From Paludibacter sp. (GTDB lineage: Bacteria > Bacteroidota > Bacteroidia > Bacteroidales > Paludibacteraceae): 64,000 nucleotides of DNA. Numbering within the stretch: the first letter of the stretch is position 1; every line of letters begins with the position of its first letter. The position numbers and the translations under genes were made by a program. The notes beneath the pieces are model-generated. The model ran no database searches. It had not been told where the DNA came from and worked only from the letters and a program-made list of their open reading frames with translations. The stretch is taken from contig JASGLA010000009.1 of the NCBI GenBank assembly GCA_047600405.1, forward strand, positions 14,416 through 78,415, written 5' to 3'. Below, piece by piece: positions 57,644-64,000 of the stretch.

Positions 57644-59992
57644 TTTATAATTATTTTAGAACTTACTTTTTTGCTGTTTATTATTGCTTTGATTATGAAC
57701 ACACCTTTATCGTTTAAAGAAAATTGTTTGTTAGAAGTATGGAGAATTTCCTGCCCCAAAACACTTAAAACCGAAACAGAACAATTTTCATTTGTATTTA
57801 TATTTACAGTATGTCCGGAAACCGATATTGGTAAAGAAGCAGATACATTGTTCAACCCGGTTGATTGGTTTGCTAAAACTTCGTCAATAAACTGGATGAT
57901 TTCAGTCTCCATTTGGGTGTTGTACGCTGTAGGGAAACCTCCATGACCTCCACCGGGAACAGTTGTGAATTTACTTTTTACCCCAGCATTTTGCAATGCT
58001 GCATAAAGTGTAACCGATTGGTTGTACGGGATAGTAGGATCGGCATCACCATGAATAATATAAGTTGGAGGTGTGGTTGCATTAACGTAAGTGATAGGAG
58101 CAAGGGAATTTAAAAATACCTGATCACTAAACCGGTCTCCGGTCCATGCAATCAATGAGCTATAGGTCATTAACTGACTAAAATCACACGGTCCATATTT
58201 GTCAATAACAGCCATAATCCTTATGGGGTTAGGGTATTGAACGCAATCATTGTCATAAATCCGGTTGTTCAGTAAATAGCCTCCCATTAAAGCCAAATGA
58301 CCTCCGGCTGAGCCTCCCTGGAAGATGACTTTGTTTACATCAATATTCCATTGCTGCGCATGATTGAGTACGTAATTCAATGCTCCGCGGACATCTTCAA
58401 CACATGCCGGAGCAAGAGCTTCGCCACGGAGACGATATTCAACGTTAACCACAGCGTAGTTCTTGTTGAAATACATATTAAATCCACCTTGTTCTTCTTT
58501 GAATCCACCACTCCAGCCACCACCGTGCATATTGATAACTACAGGTACAGGCGCGGCTATATTAGTTGGATAATACACATCCATACGGGTGTTTGTACTG
58601 TTCACGTTTTTATAAACAATATCTAAAATAGCTGAGTATGAGGATGGATACACAACTGATTTCAACGTTTGGAAATTAATCGAGATAGCTTTAGATACGT
58701 TGGAAGCATTACCAGCTTCAGTAAAAGTGCCAACTGTAACTGTAAGAATATAAGCCTTGTTTGCTCCCGGAGTATTTTCAAGTGTCACGGGAATTGTTAC
58801 AACGTTGTTTTTTATTGTACAGTTATTTAATGGGATAGATACACCATTTAATAAGATTGTCCCGTTTGCTGTTGCAATATTTTTATTGAACATAAGTGTA
58901 ATTTCTTTTTTCAAATTAGCGAAGCATACTTCTCCTTCGGTTGGTGAACTGGATCTGAGAGTCAGCTCTGTCGCTTCCTGATAAGTCCTCGAAACTATTT
59001 TGTAGATATATAAGCCACTTCCGGAGTTATTGGCAATGCGCAATTTTGTTTCTACATTTCTTAAAACAGGAATTACATAAACACTGTCTGGCGATCTGCG
59101 GGTGGAATATATGCCTAATGATTGCCATTGGTTGTTCACCCATTCTTCCAATCTGAACGACATTGCATTTGAACCTGTAGTGGCATGGATTTCAATTTCG
59201 CCAACCGTTTTCAATGCTGGAAATTCAACTGCAGCAGCTTCCGAATTTTTACCAACCAGAATACGGTTTGAATGAGTTTCTCCGGTAGGGCAAGTAACAG
59301 TGCCGGTATATAAATATGCTTTTGTTAAATTGAATTTATTGATTGTAGATGTTGGGTAACTACCGCTTGTATAAGCAGTTGTGGCAATTGTTCCCCAGGT
59401 GCCATCTCCAAAATTGGTTGATATTTTGTCAACCGCATCGAGATGGGTTTGTTGGTGTGTTTGCAGTGTATTTTGTAAGTTCAATGTCGTCCACAACAAA
59501 CCAACCTGCATTTACATACGCCGGGTCGTTAGAAACTATAGAGTACATGATTATTTTCAAATTTGCAGATTCTTCTTTGATCGGTAAAGAAATTTTCGCA
59601 AATCCGGGAGTTGTTGATTTATTCGGGAAATCGTAAGCATTGTAAGTTTGAAGAATTGTAGTATCGGTTCCAATAACTTTACCTACATAAAGAGTCATAT
59701 AGGTGGCATTTGCGTTTTTGGAAACATAAAATGACAATGTGTCTGCTCCGGTGACCTGAGGACTAATTAAATTTTTTTCATAACGACCAGAACCGGCAGG
59801 ATCAAATTTTGCAGCATAGGTTCCTGAAAATGAGAGTCCCGTGTGATTGACACTGCTTGTCGAGTTACATTGCCTGATCCAGCCTGTCGGGCTCGATGTG
59901 CCAAATCCTTCCTGGAAATGGTATTCTGTAGCTGATACAGCAGCTATGAAACAGTTAATTGCAAGAGTGATGAGAAATGTAAGCTTTTTCAT
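57640..59992 (-). pseudogene. Multidomain alpha/beta-hydrolase esterase with T9SS CTD, split by a +1 frameshift near 59440
   Basis: Signal peptide in 59429-59992; HGGGW, GGSAGGH, HGDADPTIP, GGGHG in 57640-59511; removing one base joins the frames. Confidence 0.75.
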
Positions 59993-60072
59993 TTTTATGA
60001 ATGTTTGAATCTTTTTTCTTGAAACTGAATGCCAGAGATATTTTTCTGACGTTCAGTTTATTACTTGTTTAC

Positions 60073-62182
60073 TTATCGAATAACTACTTTTTGAATACTT
60101 TGCTGACCAGCTTTATTAGTAAACTTTACTAGGTATAATCCATTTGATAGTTGATTGTCAATGGCTTGTACATTGTTGGCCTGTAAAAGCAGCAACCCTT
60201 GTAAATTGAAAATTTCAAAGAATCCAACTTCTGAAGCAAGAACAGACTTACCCGAAACGCTTATGAGGTTTTTATTTCCATTGCTGCTTAAACCAGTAGT
60301 TGTACTCGTTGTTACCGAGCCTGCTATAGATAAAAATGAATCAGAATATGTAGCATAATTATCTCCAATAGCCTGAACTTTAAATGTGTAGGCAGTTTCG
60401 TTGCTTAAGTTGCTTATCGACAGAGTTTCAGTGCTTTGTCCGTTTACACTGAATGGAGTACCATTCAGCAATGTTGTTCCCTGATATACATAAACTTTAT
60501 ATCCTGTAGCATTGGGAACGGCTGTCCAGTTAGCAGTAAAACTGGTTGGCGATATGGCGGAAACAGTTCCAATCGTTGGTTTTGCCAGTAATGCGGGATT
60601 AGTAGTCCGTGTAATTACTTGCATTAAGTAGATACCACCATTTGTAGGGTTTTCTATTCTGAACTTTGTAGGAACTGAACGAGAAACGGATATGATATAG
60701 ATTGAATCTGTAGCTGCGTTTTTTGTATTAATATCGTAAACATAAGTTCCTCCAATAGCTGCCCACGTATTTGTAGAAGGGATAAATTCTTTTAATACAA
60801 ATCCGTTTCCTTCACTGCCGGCAGAAGCATGTATCTCAATTTGTTCCACCGAGTTTACGGTAGGGAGTGTAACTTTTCCTCCATTTGCTTGTTTGTCGAT
60901 AGCAATACGATTGTTATGCGTTTCACCTTTAATGCCTTTAATTGTTCGTGAATATAAAACTGCAGCAGATAAATCAAACCCATTTATGCTGCCGGAGGGA
61001 TAAGTTCCGCTTGTTGGTTGAGTAACAACCGCTTCACCCCATGAGCTGTCGTCAAAGTTTGTGTTGAGCGTATTCGCAGCGTATGGATCTAAAGCAGTAA
61101 ACGCTGATGACGCCGCAGAAGGGTTGGAGTCACTATAATTTGTGATATTTCCCTTGGCTATCACTTTGTAGGTATATGTTAATCCTGGTGTTAATCCTGT
61201 TATTGTCAGATTATCAGTTGTTTGGCCGATGGTATTGGTAGTGCTAATGAGATTTTCTCCCAGATAAATTTTTACATCATAGCTCACTGCATTAGATACA
61301 GGAGTCCAGTTAGCTATGAAGCCATTGGCAGTTACCGAAGTTGCTGTGCCAATAGTTGGTGCGGAAAGTTGTGCAGCAGTCGATTGTGCGGCTACTGCTT
61401 CCGCCCAGGTTGTTGAAACTCTAACGCCACTAACAATATTGACTTGTTTGCTATTCGCAGAAACTTTAAACTGAACTGTTTGAAGTGATGTTTTTATGCT
61501 GCTTGTGGAAGTGTTATCGGTGGCATCGGCCGTTGGTTCAGCCGAGGAACCAATAATTGGATTAATGTAAATAGATGATATTTGAGAATGTGACCCCGCT
61601 TACAAAATCATATTTTAAAACAACAAAATACACTGCAGAAACATCAGAGTATTCAGTTGTGGCCCATTTGATATCTCCACTTCCGGTACTTCCGCGTGTG
61701 GTTCCAAATCTGAAATTTGAAGTATTGATAGTTCCTTTCCCAACATGAACTTGAACACCTCCTGTTGAACCGACAGTTCCGAGGCTCATAATTGGTGATT
61801 GACTTTGATTTTGACTGACGTTATTTGGATAATATAAGAATGAAACATAAACAGTTCCGGTTGAAATGGCACTTGCGTTAAAGGTTTTATAAACATAGTA
61901 ATTACTTGTTGCAGTTGGAGTGTATCCTCCTAAATAGCTTGTTATTAATGATCTGCCAATGCCTGAATGAATGTACGAACCTCCGCTGTTTGAATATGAT
62001 AGTACTGTGCTTGCAATTGTAAAGTCTTCCGGCCAGTTCCCGATTGTTCCCGTTGCTGTCCAACCGGCTGCATCTTTTAATTTAGATCCATCTGCATAAT
62101 TAAAAGTTTCATCTAAATAAACTGTTGCATTTGCCATCATTGTAATAGCAAATAAGGTTAATAAAAGAGTGATTTTTTTCAT
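60073..62182 (-). pseudogene. FN3-containing T9SS-secreted protein split by a +1 frameshift near 61587
   Basis: The frame ...SSIYINPIIGSSAEP... is open from about 61580 into the 60073-61287 ORF; two FN3 repeats and a CTD. Confidence 0.7.
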
Positions 62183-62203
62183 GATATTTATTTTTTGAGG
62201 TTT

Positions 62204-64000
62204 TTATTCTGATACTATTCTGATAACCAGTTTTTTATTTTGATGTTTGATTGCGCAAAATAACAATCCTTTGGCGTTGGTATTAATAGTTATTTGTGAA
62301 TCTCCGTTTTTTGTAGATACGCTCTTGTTTTCAATTTGTTGGCCAAGCGCATTGAAAAGAGTAATTGTGGCTTGTCCTTCTAATGTTTCCGGAATTGTTA
62401 TTTTAGTTGCTCCTTTGAAAGGATTAGGTGAAACAGTGATATTATTTTCTAATATGGCGGTCATTGCTGTAGAAGTACTTATTTCATAGCTAAATATTTC
62501 AGGTGCTGTTGGGCCTGCCTGCAATTCATTCCATGGTCCGTTAATGATTGGGGCGTCGGCATTAAATTCATCGGCTCCAATGTCGCGTATCCCAATTGCC
62601 ATTTGTCCTTCAAAATCAGTTGCAGGAATGAAACTCCCTGTTGCTGAGTTGATTGCCGGGCTTGACGCAGTGAGTTTAAAAATTTCAAAAGGAGCTTGAA
62701 AGTTGCAATTTGCATTATAAGCTCTGCATTTGGTTTTTGCCAATTCCGGGTTAATAACTTTTATTTGCGAGTTACTGGTTCCGGTTAATCCCAGCGTTGC
62801 AATGCCTGTTGGATACATGATATTGTTGCTGAAACTTACGCCGGCGAGTGATGTGCTGCTATAGTATTTTATCAATGGATTTTCCGAAGCAATGACGATG
62901 TTGTTTGAGATGGTATTATTTTTTGGTGCTAATCCATAAGCGCCACTGTTTTCAAATCCTATTTCAATATTCGAGTTGTTGTTTACCAGAGTATTAAAAG
63001 CAAATAAGTTATTTTCTGGCAAAAAATGACTTGAATTACTGGCGGATGTATTCGTTACAACTCCATTGGTCATCACACAGGCTGCATCCCATTTGCTTCC
63101 GGTGAGTCCTTCGAAGTAATTATTTGTAATTTTATGATTCAAACCATAAATACGAACTCCCCCGCAACCAATTGTATTTGAATCAAAAAGTGTGGTTTTC
63201 CCTTCTCCGAAGAAGTAATTTCCCTGTACCACGCTGTTATTCCCCTGGCGAAGGCAAACAGTGCCTGCACACCTGCGGAAAGTGTTGTACCGAACAGTGT
63301 CTTTGCAGCTTTTTACAGACACAATTTCCGGATCGCCATCGCAATCTTCGAAAAGATTATTTTCCACAACCGTAAATGCGTCAAGTTTGCATAAATCGCT
63401 GACTCCAATTCTTACAGTTTCCTTTTCATTTGCCAGGCGTGGAGTGTTATTTCTAAAGATATTATGGTCAATTCGGTCATGCTGGGAAATAGCTGGTACT
63501 GTTCCATGGCTTCCATCAATTATTAACCAGGCTCCAGAATCATATTTGCCATCAAACAGGTTATGATCAATACGATTGTGGTGGCTAACGCATATTTCGT
63601 TATCCCAAACATCGCCTACAGTAATCCATTTCGAAGTTTGCGTATCTGTCAGAGTTTTCATTTTTATCCAGTTGCGGGTGATGCGAACATTGCTGCAACC
63701 CTCCATTTTAAATATGGTACTCATAGGTTCTAAGTCGATATCAAATCCTTCTATTGTGACATAACTTATACCGGATAAAGTGAAGTTTGAAGCCCCGGTG
63801 ATTTTTGCCCCATGCAAATTTGCAGATTTGATAATGATAGGTTTTAAGCTTGACCCACTGTGGGTTAGCTTAACGCTTCCAAGTGAGTATGTTCCATTTG
63901 AAACCAGTATCGTGTCGCCAGGATTCATCGCAGTCAAAGCATCTTTAAATTGAGCAACATTAGAAACATACCTTACCGAAGGCGAAACCAAAATCTCCGA
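62204..64000 (-). CDS. PL6 alginate lyase with T9SS CTD, 5' end outside the window
   Basis: ETVRIG, EIVSVKS, CLRQG, GGVRIYG; CTD VSPNPF. Confidence 0.85.
   Translation of the reverse strand, partial: SEILVSPSVRYVSNVAQFKDALTAMNPGDTILVSNGTYSLGSVKLTHSGSSLKPIIIKSANLHGAKITGASNFTLSGISYVTIEGFDIDLEPMSTIFKMEGCSNVRITRNWIKMKTLTDTQTSKWITVGDVWDNEICVSHHNRIDHNLFDGKYDSGAWLIIDGSHGTVPAISQHDRIDHNIFRNNTPRLANEKETVRIGVSDLCKLDAFTVVENNLFEDCDGDPEIVSVKSCKDTVRYNTFRRCAGTVCLRQGNNSVVQGNYFFGEGKTTLFDSNTIGCGGVRIYGLNHKITNNYFEGLTGSKWDAACVMTNGVVTNTSASNSSHFLPENNLFAFNTLVNNNSNIEIGFENSGAYGLAPKNNTISNNIVIASENPLIKYYSSTSLAGVSFSNNIMYPTGIATLGLTGTSNSQIKVINPELAKTKCRAYNANCNFQAPFEIFKLTASSPAINSATGSFIPATDFEGQMAIGIRDIGADEFNADAPIINGPWNELQAGPTAPEIFSYEISTSTAMTAILENNITVSPNPFKGATKITIPETLEGQATITLFNALGQQIENKSVSTKNGDSQITINTNAKGLLFCAIKHQNKKLVIRIVSE

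Overview
Bacteroidota (Bacteroidales, probably Paludibacter-like; inferred from TAnnTTTG promoters, T9SS C-terminal domains and the bamD-rpoZ-coaBC-DUF4835-recN synteny) chromosomal window. The main feature is an apparently complete 22,466-bp prophage integrated in the 3' end of tRNA-Leu(GAG), bounded by a perfect 30-bp att repeat (4201-4230 / 26667-26696). It encodes a tyrosine integrase, CI/Cro-like switch, Toprim primase-SF3 helicase, SSB-like protein, ThyX, a putative iteron origin and lysis genes. I recognise no terminase, portal, HK97 capsid, tail or packaging ATPase. Instead its late operon holds many membrane-anchored proteins, beta-rich capsid candidates, a transglutaminase-like Cys protease with recurrent [VL]xG[IL]G motifs in neighbouring proteins, and a lytic transglycosylase whose TM anchor lies behind an A9 slippery site. 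This points, by inference, to a tailless lipid-containing temperate virus. The rest of the window contains a RelE/ParE TA pair, a CDF transporter, a 1.53-kb tandem duplication (thpR, 21-bp minisatellite, radical SAM 3' end; possibly an assembly artefact), housekeeping genes, and an alginate-utilisation locus with T9SS-secreted lyases, esterases and candidate new binding domains. Several single-base frameshifts suggest the assembly carries indel errors. All protein calls are by motif recognition, not database search.
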